From Patescibacteria group bacterium (GTDB lineage Bacteria > Patescibacteriota > Patescibacteriia > Patescibacteriales > UBA12465): DNA of 64,000 bases. A model generated the notes under the pieces. It ran no database searches. It saw only the letters and a list, made by a program, of their open reading frames with translations, and had not been told where the DNA came from. Positions 18,843 to 28,413 of the stretch are shown piece by piece. The stretch is taken from assembly GCA_035269015.1 (NCBI GenBank), contig DATFJU010000031.1:41326-105325 (forward strand). Reading direction: 5' to 3'. Within the stretch, counting starts at the first letter, position 1; the number at the start of each line of letters is the position of its first letter. A program made the translations under genes and the position numbers.

Positions 18843-20252
18843 TTAACCTTCTAAAAGTGACTCTGCTACTCTAAAAATATCACCAGCACCAAGGAGTAAA
18901 ACAATATCTTTATCTTTATAATTTTTTCTTAAATAATTTTCTGTTGCTTTAAGGCCACCAGTGGCTTTTACATCCTGTTTAATGTTCTGTTTTTTATTAT
19001 ATTTTTTAATAGCTCTTTCTAAATCCTTACTACTTACCCCTCCCTGCTTCTCTCTAGCTGAACCATAGATATCATTTATCAAGACTTCGTCAGCCTCACT
19101 AAAGCTAGTAACAAAATCATTAAATAAAGCTTTAGTCCTGGTATAAGTATGAGGATGGAAAACCACGCAGATATGCCTATCCTTATACTTTGCTCTCAGT
19201 CCGAAAATAGTACTTTTTATTTCAGTCGGATGATGTCCATAATCATCATAAATACTCATATTCTTATACTTCCCTAAAAATTCCATTCTTCTAGCTGTAC
19301 CAGTAAAAGAAGATAAGCCTTCTTTTATTTCTTTAAAACTAAGCCCTAACTCTAAAGAGCTAGCCATTACCGCTAAAGCATTATAGACACCGTGTCTACC
19401 TAAAAGTTTAATCTCAATATTTCTAAGATTCTTTCTCTTTCCTTTTTTATTTATTTGTAAATCAAAACTTTGTTTTAATTTATTTTGTTTTAAATTATAA
19501 GCAAAGAAATCGGCACTGCTATCCTCTAAGGATATACTTATCTTCTTAGTTTTTACATTAATACTAAGTTTTTGACACTTCTTGTCATCTAAATTATATA
19601 CCAAAAATCCTTGCTTATTTATTTTTTTTACAAAATCACTAAAAACTTTAGTGTAAGCAGATTTAGTTTTAAAAAAATCAGGATGATCAAAATCAATATT
19701 TAAAAGTACAGTTGCAAAAGGATTAAAATATTTTAACTTATTTTGATACTCATCCACTTCAGCAATTAAGTAGTCACTTTTACCTGCTAAACTAGATCCT
19801 TTTAATTGTGGTACCCGAGCCCCTATTAAAGCTTTAGGGTCTTTATTAGCTCTATAGAGCACATAACTAAGCCAGGCTGAAACCGTAGTTTTACCATGAG
19901 AACCTACCACCGCTACTCCCTTATAATCATTAAACACTAAACTCAAAGCCTCACCGTAACTTATCATCTTAACTCCCTTTCTCTTATTTAATTCTTTTAA
20001 TTCAACATTGTTATCTTGATTATAAGCACTGGAATAAACAACTAAATCACAGTCTTCTTTTAAATTATTGACACTAAAACCTTGATGGACTTTAATCCCC
20101 TGCTTTTTCAAAACCTGATCGGTCATAAAAGTCTCTTTAGTATCAGAGCCACTAATATTATAACCCAACTGTGCTAAAAAACTAGCTAACATAGTCATGC
20201 CTACACCCTTAATGCCAACAAAGTACAATTTTTTAATATTTTTATTTAACAT
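18843..20252 (-). CDS. murC: UDP-N-acetylmuramate--L-alanine ligase (start placed at the internal Met; the ORF extends to 20282 but would overlap murG by 41 nt)
   Basis: KKLYFVGIKGVGMTMLA N-terminal Mur ligase motif, the GSHGKTT P-loop and a Mur ligase C-terminal domain. Confidence 0.88.
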   Translation of the reverse strand: MLNKNIKKLYFVGIKGVGMTMLASFLAQLGYNISGSDTKETFMTDQVLKKQGIKVHQGFSVNNLKEDCDLVVYSSAYNQDNNVELKELNKRKGVKMISYGEALSLVFNDYKGVAVVGSHGKTTVSAWLSYVLYRANKDPKALIGARVPQLKGSSLAGKSDYLIAEVDEYQNKLKYFNPFATVLLNIDFDHPDFFKTKSAYTKVFSDFVKKINKQGFLVYNLDDKKCQKLSINVKTKKISISLEDSSADFFAYNLKQNKLKQSFDLQINKKGKRKNLRNIEIKLLGRHGVYNALAVMASSLELGLSFKEIKEGLSSFTGTARRMEFLGKYKNMSIYDDYGHHPTEIKSTIFGLRAKYKDRHICVVFHPHTYTRTKALFNDFVTSFSEADEVLINDIYGSAREKQGGVSSKDLERAIKKYNKKQNIKQDVKATGGLKATENYLRKNYKDKDIVLLLGAGDIFRVAESLLEG

Positions 20253-21321
20253 AATTATCAATAATATTAATGATTTTCTCACTAGCTTCCTTAGGTACTA
20301 ACTTATATAAATTATTCTCATATTTCTCTCTAAGCTCATCATCTTCTAAGAGATCTAATATTTTCTTAGAAAACTCTTTAGGAATAATTCTGTCTTGCTC
20401 TAAAACAACACCAGCCTCATATTTTTTAATATAATCAGCATTGTCTTCTTGATGACTATTAGGCATAGGGATAAAAATAGTGGGTTTAGCTAAATATGAT
20501 AATTCAGTAATCAGGCCTAACCCACAACGAGATATAACTAAATCTGATAAGTACAATACTTCAGCAATCTTTTTTGCTTCCAAAAAACTGTAACTATGAT
20601 AATTATCATCTTTAATATTGCTAGGCTTTCTATTACCTAAAATATGAAGCACTTGAACTTTATCTTTTAAACTATCATAACTTTTAAATATTAAATCATT
20701 AATACCTTGGGCACCAGTCCCTCCACCTAAAGCTAGTAATATAGGTAAGTTTGATTTTAAATTATATTTATTTAACAAGTCCTCCCTATTTCTATTTATA
20801 TTTTTAAACTCTTCTCTAACTGGATTACCAGTTAGCACGGCTTTAGATTTAAAATCAGCTACAGACTTAGAAAAAGTAACACTAACTTTTTTAGAAACTA
20901 TAGCCATTATTTTATTAGCTAAACCAACCTTAATATCTTGTTGATGAGAAAAAACTGGGATGTTTAATAAGTAAGCACTATAAGCAACGGGCACGCTAAC
21001 AAAACTACCAGCACTAAGCACCGCTTTAGGTCTAAGTATTAAAAGATATATAAAAGATTGAATAAAACCAACTATTATATTTAAAATATCTAAAAAGTTT
21101 TTAAAGGAGAAATATCTACGCAACTTGCCACTAAAAATTGGATAATACTTTAAATTTTCTTTTTTTACCATTTCTCTCTCAATTCCAGACATGCTACCAA
21201 AAAAACCAATTTTCCAATCTGGATGCTTTTTTTGCAATTCTTTAATCACTGCCAAAAGCGGAGCCACTGAACCACCAGTTCCCCCTCCAGAAAAAATAAT
21301 TGTTTTGGGTTTAGTTTTCAT
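20242..21321 (-). CDS. murG: undecaprenyldiphospho-muramoylpentapeptide beta-N-acetylglucosaminyltransferase
   Basis: 359 aa. IIFSGGGTGGSVAP N-terminal G-loop and GT28 C-terminal domain. Located between ftsW and murC. Confidence 0.85.
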   Translation of the reverse strand: MKTKPKTIIFSGGGTGGSVAPLLAVIKELQKKHPDWKIGFFGSMSGIEREMVKKENLKYYPIFSGKLRRYFSFKNFLDILNIIVGFIQSFIYLLILRPKAVLSAGSFVSVPVAYSAYLLNIPVFSHQQDIKVGLANKIMAIVSKKVSVTFSKSVADFKSKAVLTGNPVREEFKNINRNREDLLNKYNLKSNLPILLALGGGTGAQGINDLIFKSYDSLKDKVQVLHILGNRKPSNIKDDNYHSYSFLEAKKIAEVLYLSDLVISRCGLGLITELSYLAKPTIFIPMPNSHQEDNADYIKKYEAGVVLEQDRIIPKEFSKKILDLLEDDELREKYENNLYKLVPKEASEKIINIIDNYVK

Positions 21322-21345
21322 ATATAAATTAATCTAAAATTATAT

Positions 21346-22491
21346 TTAATTTTCAACTGTATATCTACTGATATTAACTAATATACCCATAGCAATCAAG
21401 CCTGCTAAGATGGCTGAGCCACCATGAGAAATAAAAGGTAGTGGCACTCCAGTCATAGGTATTAAATTTAACATACCACCGATATTTAAAAAGGCTTGAA
21501 AAAATATCCAAGAAACTATACCTACTGCCAAAAGTCTACCAAACATATCTTTAGCTTTTAAAGCTATCAACCAACCACGATAGAAAATATAAGTATACAA
21601 TAATATTAAAGTGCTAGAAAAAATAAAACCAATTTCTTCTGATATAATTGGAAAAATTGCATCTCCACTCACCTCTGGTAAATAAGAATATTTTTGGCTA
21701 CTCTCTCCTAATCCTTTACCCCAAAGACCACCTGAACCAACAGCAATTAATGACTGATTAATTTGATAGCAGTCATCTTGAGTGTCAAAAGAAGGGTCTT
21801 TTAAACAAGCAAAACGTTCTTGTTGATAATCAGTGTAAGTAACCATAGAATAAACCCCCAAAAAAGCAATTAAAACTAAAGCAACAATATGCTTTTTATT
21901 AGCTCCACCTACAAAATAAACTACCATTGAGCTAAGAGCAATAATAGACCAAGTACCCAGATCTGGTTGCATAAACATCAAGATACTAATAAAGAAAAAG
22001 ATGAACAAAAAAGGTATTAAACCTTGAGACATTGTTTTTATTGCTTTATGCCTAACTTGTAACCAGGCAGCTAAATATATTAGAAAAGATATCTTCACAA
22101 ATTCAGCTGGTTGCAAAGATTGTCCAAAAACTACAATCCAACTATTGGCAGTACCATGACCAGCAGATAAACCTGGAATAAAGACTAGAAATAATAGAAG
22201 TACAGAGGCTAATAAAAAATAAATAGCATTTCTTTTCCATACCTGATAATCTGTTTTGCTAATAATATAAAAAAACATTAGACCAATACTTGTAGCTATA
22301 ATTTGTCCTTGAATATAAGCATAGCTATTTCCAAATTTACTATAAGCCGAAAAAGCTGAAGTAGAAGCTAACATTACCAGACCAAAAATAATTAAAATAA
22401 ATAAGGCATAAATTAATTTTTTATCTGGCTCATGCTCATTTTTACCTTTTTTCTTATTAAATTTTTTCAAGACCTTTTTTATCAAACTCAT
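21346..22491 (-). CDS. ftsW: FtsW/RodA/SpoVE (SEDS) family peptidoglycan glycosyltransferase/lipid II flippase
   Basis: 381 aa, about 10 TM, with SEDS conserved regions (QPSEF-like QPAEFVKI, GGMLNLIPMTGVPLPFISHGGSA). Position between mraY and murG implies FtsW. Confidence 0.85.
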   Translation of the reverse strand: MSLIKKVLKKFNKKKGKNEHEPDKKLIYALFILIIFGLVMLASTSAFSAYSKFGNSYAYIQGQIIATSIGLMFFYIISKTDYQVWKRNAIYFLLASVLLLFLVFIPGLSAGHGTANSWIVVFGQSLQPAEFVKISFLIYLAAWLQVRHKAIKTMSQGLIPFLFIFFFISILMFMQPDLGTWSIIALSSMVVYFVGGANKKHIVALVLIAFLGVYSMVTYTDYQQERFACLKDPSFDTQDDCYQINQSLIAVGSGGLWGKGLGESSQKYSYLPEVSGDAIFPIISEEIGFIFSSTLILLYTYIFYRGWLIALKAKDMFGRLLAVGIVSWIFFQAFLNIGGMLNLIPMTGVPLPFISHGGSAILAGLIAMGILVNISRYTVEN

Positions 22492-22508
22492 GTTATATTA
22501 TTACCCTT

Positions 22509-23558
22509 TTATAACCCTCTATCCAATAAAAATAAAATAATACCAATAGCCGCTGTAATAGCTGATATAACCCAAAAACGCATAACAATTTTAGGTTCTG
22601 ACCAACCTATAGCTTGAAAATGATGATGAATTGGTGTGGAATAAAATAATTTCTTTTTTCTAATTTTCTTATGAAATACCTGTAATATAACTGACAAAGA
22701 TTCAAAAACAAATAAGAGTCCAATAATAGGAAGTAAAATGACATAATTAGTTAACATAGCAATTATAGCCAAGGTAACTCCTAAACTCATAGCACCTGTA
22801 TCTCCCAGATAAAAACGAGCAGGAGGAATATTAAACCACAAAAAAGCCAATAATCCACCCGTGATTACACCACAAAAAGCAGCTAAATCATACCTTCCTA
22901 AAGCAAAAGCAATAACACCAAAAGCTACATAAGATGTAACTAAAGTACCACCAGCTAATCCATCTAAACCATCACTTTCATTAACTGAAAAAGCTGTACT
23001 AATAATAACTAAAATAAAAATAGGTATATACCACCAACCTATTTCAAAGCTTCCAAAAAAAGGCACATGAAGCACTGTCCAATCTAATTTAAAATAAAAC
23101 CACAAAGCCCCAACTAAAGCTATAATCGCATATATAAATAAACGATAACCAATAGTGAGACCGCCACCACCTTTAGCTCCTTTGCCTCTTACATCTAGCC
23201 AGTCATCAACAAGTCCTACCATAGCAGTAGCAATTAAAGCCCCTAATGGCAAAAGAGTTTCACTTCTGGAAAGAAAATTTAGATTACTTAAAAACTCCCA
23301 ATTAAGTAAATCACCTAAAAAACTAAAAAGAACAATTAAAATAAGAAGTGTTAACCAAATTAAAATTCCTCCCATAGTAGGTGTCCCAGCTTTATGAGCA
23401 TGAAGCTTAGAAAATATAGGTGTTTTACCACTGTTTCTAATATTTTTACCCATCTTATACTTATATAAATAATGCGTTAAAAGTGGTGTCCACAAAATGG
23501 CAAAAATAAAAGCTAAGGTAAACAAACTAAGAATTTTAGCAATTTGAAATTCCGGCAT
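22509..23558 (-). CDS. mraY: phospho-N-acetylmuramoyl-pentapeptide transferase
   Basis: 349 aa polytopic. NESDGLDGLAGG and FYLGDTGAMSLG MraY motifs. Confidence 0.9.
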   Translation of the reverse strand: MPEFQIAKILSLFTLAFIFAILWTPLLTHYLYKYKMGKNIRNSGKTPIFSKLHAHKAGTPTMGGILIWLTLLILIVLFSFLGDLLNWEFLSNLNFLSRSETLLPLGALIATAMVGLVDDWLDVRGKGAKGGGGLTIGYRLFIYAIIALVGALWFYFKLDWTVLHVPFFGSFEIGWWYIPIFILVIISTAFSVNESDGLDGLAGGTLVTSYVAFGVIAFALGRYDLAAFCGVITGGLLAFLWFNIPPARFYLGDTGAMSLGVTLAIIAMLTNYVILLPIIGLLFVFESLSVILQVFHKKIRKKKLFYSTPIHHHFQAIGWSEPKIVMRFWVISAITAAIGIILFLLDRGL

Positions 23559-23559
23559 A

Positions 23560-23955
23560 TTAGAAAAAGTTAACTAAATAAAGACTTAAAAGACTGAAAA
23601 TAATAATTACACTAACAAGCAAATAACTTATAGGTAATAAATGACTCAAAAAATCAAAATGTTTTTTTCTAAAGAAACTAATAGTAACTGAAGTATTAAA
23701 TATAAATACTGCTAAAGCAATAAGTGGTAAAACAAAAACCTCTTGAGGATCACCAACCTTATCAATACCAAAAAGCACATTATAATGTAAAACCATAAGA
23801 TCTGAACTAATGTTTTGATAGAGATACCAAGCAAAAACAAAGGCTAAAACTAAAAGTAATAAATTAATTATGGTATAAATACGTAAATGCTTATTAGAAA
23901 ATACTCTTTTAAAAAACCACAAATAACGCCTTAAAGCAATTAATATTTTTTGCAT
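23560..23955 (-). CDS. hypothetical small integral membrane protein (4 predicted TM) immediately upstream of mraY
   Basis: 131 aa, hydrophobic segments; 1-nt spacing to mraY suggests co-transcription. No family recognised. Confidence 0.45.
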   Translation of the reverse strand: MQKILIALRRYLWFFKRVFSNKHLRIYTIINLLLLVLAFVFAWYLYQNISSDLMVLHYNVLFGIDKVGDPQEVFVLPLIALAVFIFNTSVTISFFRKKHFDFLSHLLPISYLLVSVIIIFSLLSLYLVNFF

Positions 23956-24046
23956 ACATCAATTTTAATATAGCCCTTATAAGAAAGAGCTTTATTTAAT
24001 ATTATCATATTTTTCAATAATGTAAAAATAATGTTATAATAATATT

Positions 24047-25138
24047 ATGAAATTAAACTTTATTTCCAAAATAATAAATTATGGTCTGTGGCAAGGTGCT
24101 AGTAGTCTTTATATTGAATTAAGTTCAAAGGGTTTAGAAGTGGATTATCATGACGCCAGCGCAGATGATTTACTACTTCCCCAGAGTGCTTGTGATAAAT
24201 TTTTAACTGAATTAAATTCTTTAACCAATAATCAAAAGTTAGAATCTGGTGCTAATATTCATTTTCCATTGAAAACAGCAATTAATACTCGCACCGTTTC
24301 TTTAACTAGCATTGCTGGTGAAAATCATAAATACCTAATACAAGTTATTGAACCAGAAAGCACAGCCTGGAAATTATCAAATTTAGGCATGGACTCAAAT
24401 ATTTTAAGAAACCTTAAACAACATTTAAGAACAGGAAGACCTGAAGGCCTTATTGCTATCTCTTCTCAAAGTAAAACTGACCAAGAAAAAACCTTAGAAG
24501 CTCTAGCCCATGAATTAAAGAAATTAAATAGAGATATAATAAGTATTGGTAAGATTCATAAGAATATTCTTAATCTAGATGAGAATGAAAGATACTTGAA
24601 AGATATTGATGAGGATGATTTAATTAATCTTTTAAATAAACACGGTGAAGATGTTATAATTACCAATAGTGAAAAGGAAAATATTATTAAAGCCCTAATT
24701 AAATATAGCTTAAATAGTAACAAACTTATCATTCTAGCTATAAACAGCCAAAGCTCACATGATGCCTATAATAAACTACAGGAGCAAATAAATGATAAGG
24801 GGCTAAGTAAAAATATTAACTTCATACTACATCAAGAAAGTTTTAAACGTCAGTGTCCTTTTTGCTTAGACAAAGCTGAGTATAGCTCTTATGAAGCCAA
24901 GTCTTTAGATGATTTAGCCTTTAACTATGATTTAGGGGATATAAAGAATAATTCCTATAGCAGTAGTGGTTGCAAAAAATGTAATTACAAATCATATAAC
25001 GGCAACGTCTTAGCTTTTGAAGTGCTCTCTTTTAAATACCCTCACCTAAACACCGCCTCTGTAATAGATGATGCTTCTAAAAAGCAAAAGCTAGGTATAA
25101 TTTCAGCTAATGATTTGTTAAGATTAACTAGAATATGA
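24047..25138 (+). CDS. GspE/PilB-family secretion-ATPase-like protein with degenerate Walker A/B and His box but retained tetracysteine zinc motif (predicted pseudo-ATPase)
   Basis: 363 aa. LYIELSS..EVDYH resembles the T2SSE ASDIHIEP region, and RTVSLTSIAGENHKYLIQVIE resembles the RVSTLPT.GEKVVLRIL region. The expected GPTGSGKTT Walker A reads ISSQSKTD. The His box reads AINSQSS. CPFC ... CKKC followed by GNVLAFEVLSF mirrors the C-x2-C...C-x2-C + GRxGIYELL tail of GspE/PilB. Confidence 0.5.
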   Translation: MKLNFISKIINYGLWQGASSLYIELSSKGLEVDYHDASADDLLLPQSACDKFLTELNSLTNNQKLESGANIHFPLKTAINTRTVSLTSIAGENHKYLIQVIEPESTAWKLSNLGMDSNILRNLKQHLRTGRPEGLIAISSQSKTDQEKTLEALAHELKKLNRDIISIGKIHKNILNLDENERYLKDIDEDDLINLLNKHGEDVIITNSEKENIIKALIKYSLNSNKLIILAINSQSSHDAYNKLQEQINDKGLSKNINFILHQESFKRQCPFCLDKAEYSSYEAKSLDDLAFNYDLGDIKNNSYSSSGCKKCNYKSYNGNVLAFEVLSFKYPHLNTASVIDDASKKQKLGIISANDLLRLTRI

Positions 25139-25797
25139 AAATACTTTGTGTAATCCCAGCCTACAACGAAGAAAAAAATATAAGCAAGACTGTTGAGTCA
25201 GCTAAAAAATACATCAATGATATCTTAGTGATAAATGATGGCTCTAAAGATAAAACTAAAGAGCTAGCTAAAGAAGCTGGAGCTAAAGTTCTTAGCCACA
25301 TCATTAATCGCGGACAAGGAGCAGGCCTTGAAACTGGTAATGAATATGCCAGGCGACATAATTATGATATTGTTGTACATTTTGATGCTGATGGACAGTT
25401 TTTAGCTGAAGAGATTCCTGATATTTTAAAACCCATTATAGAAGATGGCTACCCTATGAGTTTTGGATCTCGCTTTTTAAATAAAAAAACAAAAATGCCC
25501 TGGTTTAAAAAGCATATAATTATGCGTTTAGCCAAAGCTATGAACTATATATTTTTAGGTATAAAAACAACTGATCCCCAAAGTGGCTTCAGAGCTATGG
25601 ACAAGGAAGCACTAAAAAAGATAAAAATTGAAAACGACGGTATGGCTCATTGCAGTGAAATTTTAGCCAAGACCCATAAATACGGCTTAATTTTTAAAGA
25701 GGTACCTATCACTGTAATATATAATGAATTTGGACAATCACTGGGCTCTGGCTTTAAAACAGTTAAGGATTTATTAATTAATAAGATAAATAAATAA
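25135..25797 (+). CDS. family 2 glycosyltransferase (polyprenyl-phosphate sugar synthase, DPM1/GtrB-like)
   Basis: 220 aa. IPAYNEE...DIL..VINDGSKDKT...DADGQ: GT-A fold motifs. Start overlaps the preceding ORF stop (ATGA). Confidence 0.85.
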   Translation: MKILCVIPAYNEEKNISKTVESAKKYINDILVINDGSKDKTKELAKEAGAKVLSHIINRGQGAGLETGNEYARRHNYDIVVHFDADGQFLAEEIPDILKPIIEDGYPMSFGSRFLNKKTKMPWFKKHIIMRLAKAMNYIFLGIKTTDPQSGFRAMDKEALKKIKIENDGMAHCSEILAKTHKYGLIFKEVPITVIYNEFGQSLGSGFKTVKDLLINKINK

Positions 25798-25798
25798 T

Positions 25799-26143
25799 AT
25801 GTGGCAACAAATAATAGCTTTGGTTTTGATTATCATCTTCATCACCCGACTAAACCTACTAAGAAAGAAAAATAAGATTCAAAAAAATGAATATATATTT
25901 TGGATGATATTTTGGGGTCTAGCCGGATTAGCTATATTATTTTTAAAACAACTAGATACTTTATTAATAGATTTTGGTTTTTCTGGTAGTGGTATTAATT
26001 TTCTACTTTACTTAGCTGTACTTTTTCTTTTCTATTTAATCTTTAGACTAAGACTAAAAATACTAGACTTAGATACAAAAATAACTAAACTGCTAAGAGA
26101 ACTAGCTCTAAAAGATGATCATAATACACCTAAAGAAAAATAA
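25799..26143 (+). CDS. DUF2304-like small membrane protein partnered with the GT2
   Basis: 114 aa. One or two TM then LRKKNKIQKNEYIFWMIFW and a C-terminal amphipathic LLRELAL motif. It sits 1 nt after the GT2 stop, a commonly seen GT2+DUF2304 pairing. Confidence 0.5.
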   Translation: MWQQIIALVLIIIFITRLNLLRKKNKIQKNEYIFWMIFWGLAGLAILFLKQLDTLLIDFGFSGSGINFLLYLAVLFLFYLIFRLRLKILDLDTKITKLLRELALKDDHNTPKEK

Positions 26144-26145
26144 GT

Positions 26146-27267
26146 ATGAAAATAGCTCAAATTGTCTGCTCCTTTCCTCCCTATAAAGGTGGTATGGGTA
26201 ACAGCGCTAAGCGCCTAATAAAACTTCTTAGTCCTGAAATAGAACTCAGTACCTTTACTACTTTAAAGGATAAAAATAAATCTCAAAAACAAATAAATAA
26301 TGTCCATTATTTAAAACCACTAATTAAAATTGGTCAGGCTGCTATTTTGCCCGACCTATTTTTTAAATTAAAGAAATACGACGCCATTATTTTACACTAC
26401 CCTTTCTTTGGTACTAATGAAATATTATATTTATATAGATTGTTTAACAAAAAACAAAAGCTCTACATTTATTATCACATGGACGTTAGAGCCTCAAACC
26501 CCTTATACAAACTATTAAGCTTGCCCGGACAAATATGCGGTAAAGCCTTATTAAAACAAGCTGACAAAGTTATTGTTTCTAGTTTAGATTATATACAAAA
26601 CTCACAAATCAAGAAATTATACTATAAGAACCCTAAAAAATACCAAGCTATCCCCTTTCATTTAAATGAAAATTATTATCATAAAAACTTTGAAGTAAAA
26701 GACCAAAACAATATACAACTTCTATTTGTAGGCGGTTTAGATAAAGCTCATTACTTCAAAGGTGTAAGCAATTTAATTAAAGCTTTAGGAAAATTAACGA
26801 ATAATAATTGGAACTTAAATATTGTTGGTAGTGGCGAGTTATTAAACAAATACAAAAAACTTGTTCTTAATTTAAATTTAGATAAAAATATTAAGTTTTT
26901 AAATAAAGTAGATGATAAAGAATTAAAAAAGATATATGAACAAGCAGATATAATATTACTTCCTTCCTTAAACCAAAACGAAGCTTTTGGCATTGTCTTA
27001 ATTGAAGCTATGGCCAATTCCACAGCTGTTATTGCTAGCGACCTTAAAGGTGTTAATCAAGTTTTTAATGATAACTGTGGTTTAAAAATAATTCCTGGTA
27101 GTATTATAGATTTGAAAAATAAACTAGATTATTTACTTAAGAGCCCAGAAATAATTAAAAACTTTAAAAAGGAAGCTTTTTACTTAGCTAAAAAAAGATA
27201 TTTAGCTAAACACATTAAAACAAAATGGTTAAATATTTTAACTAAAAAAGAAAAAGAAAATAAATAA
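26146..27267 (+). CDS. family 4 (GT-B) glycosyltransferase
   Basis: 373 aa. EAFGIVLIEAMA-type E-x7-E donor-binding motif and N-terminal GT4 acceptor domain (PYKGGMGN). Confidence 0.8.
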   Translation: MKIAQIVCSFPPYKGGMGNSAKRLIKLLSPEIELSTFTTLKDKNKSQKQINNVHYLKPLIKIGQAAILPDLFFKLKKYDAIILHYPFFGTNEILYLYRLFNKKQKLYIYYHMDVRASNPLYKLLSLPGQICGKALLKQADKVIVSSLDYIQNSQIKKLYYKNPKKYQAIPFHLNENYYHKNFEVKDQNNIQLLFVGGLDKAHYFKGVSNLIKALGKLTNNNWNLNIVGSGELLNKYKKLVLNLNLDKNIKFLNKVDDKELKKIYEQADIILLPSLNQNEAFGIVLIEAMANSTAVIASDLKGVNQVFNDNCGLKIIPGSIIDLKNKLDYLLKSPEIIKNFKKEAFYLAKKRYLAKHIKTKWLNILTKKEKENK

Positions 27268-27273
27268 TCATTT

Positions 27274-28413
27274 ATGAAAATAGCCTTAATTAACAATCTC
27301 TATGCTCAGCAAAAAAGAGGTGGAGCAGAAATAATTGTAGAAAAACTAAAACATGCTCTTGAAAAACAAGGCCATGATTGTTTTGTTATCTCTACTGCTC
27401 CCAAAAAAATTAGTAAAAATACTAATAATAATGAGAACTATTTAATTAGTTCACTGTATTATAATCTTCATAAACAACCCTACATATTTAGACTACTATG
27501 GCACTTATACAAACAGATAGAATGTAAGTCAGTTATTAAAGTAAAAAAAATACTTGAACATGAAAAACCGGATTTAATTATTAGCCACAACCTCACAGGT
27601 TTCGGTATTAAAATATACAAAATTATAAACCAATTAAATATTCCTCATATTCATTATTTGCACGACAGCCAAATGCTTCATCCTGCTGGCAGAATAATAC
27701 ACAATCAAGAAAATATAATTAATTCTTTTTTTGCCCGTCTTTATCAAACAATACAAAAAAAATATAGTAAAAAAGCTGACTTAATTATTTCACCCTCTAA
27801 ATGGCTACTAACATTACACCTAGACAAAGGTTTCTTCAAAGATACTAAAGTCTGGCAAAAATTTAATCCTGTTGAAAATACTGAAATTAAAGACAAAAAA
27901 AGAAATTCTAAATTTACCTTTATATATATTGGCCAAATTGATAAAAACAAAGGAGTGGAATTAATGATAAAATCTTTTATTAAAATACCAGAAAACAAGG
28001 CAGAGCTTAAAATAATTGGAGATGGAAAAACTTTAAACGCTTTAAAACAAAAATATGATAAATATATAAACATTATTTTCTTAGGCAGACTATCATATCA
28101 AGAATCCATGCAGGAACTTAGTATTGCCGATACCTTGGTATTACCATCTTTAATATATGAAAATTCCCCCACTGCCCTCTTTGATGCTTTGAAATTAAAC
28201 AAAAATATAATAGCCTCAAACTTAGGTGGTAATAGCGAAATACTTAAAAAATACTATGGACAATTAGTTAGTCCTAATAATATTGATTCTCTAAGCACTG
28301 CTATGAGTAATTCTTTAAATAAAAATGAAAGAGACAAAAAACCTGCAGATCTCAGTGACCTACAGGCTAAAGTGTATATACAAGAATTACTAAAGCAACT
28401 ACATCTTTCTTAA
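27274..28413 (+). CDS. family 4 (GT-B) glycosyltransferase
   Basis: 379 aa. RGGAEIIVE N-terminus; C-terminal ENSPTALFDALKLNKNIIASNLGG GT4 donor-binding region. Confidence 0.8.
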   Translation: MKIALINNLYAQQKRGGAEIIVEKLKHALEKQGHDCFVISTAPKKISKNTNNNENYLISSLYYNLHKQPYIFRLLWHLYKQIECKSVIKVKKILEHEKPDLIISHNLTGFGIKIYKIINQLNIPHIHYLHDSQMLHPAGRIIHNQENIINSFFARLYQTIQKKYSKKADLIISPSKWLLTLHLDKGFFKDTKVWQKFNPVENTEIKDKKRNSKFTFIYIGQIDKNKGVELMIKSFIKIPENKAELKIIGDGKTLNALKQKYDKYINIIFLGRLSYQESMQELSIADTLVLPSLIYENSPTALFDALKLNKNIIASNLGGNSEILKKYYGQLVSPNNIDSLSTAMSNSLNKNERDKKPADLSDLQAKVYIQELLKQLHLS

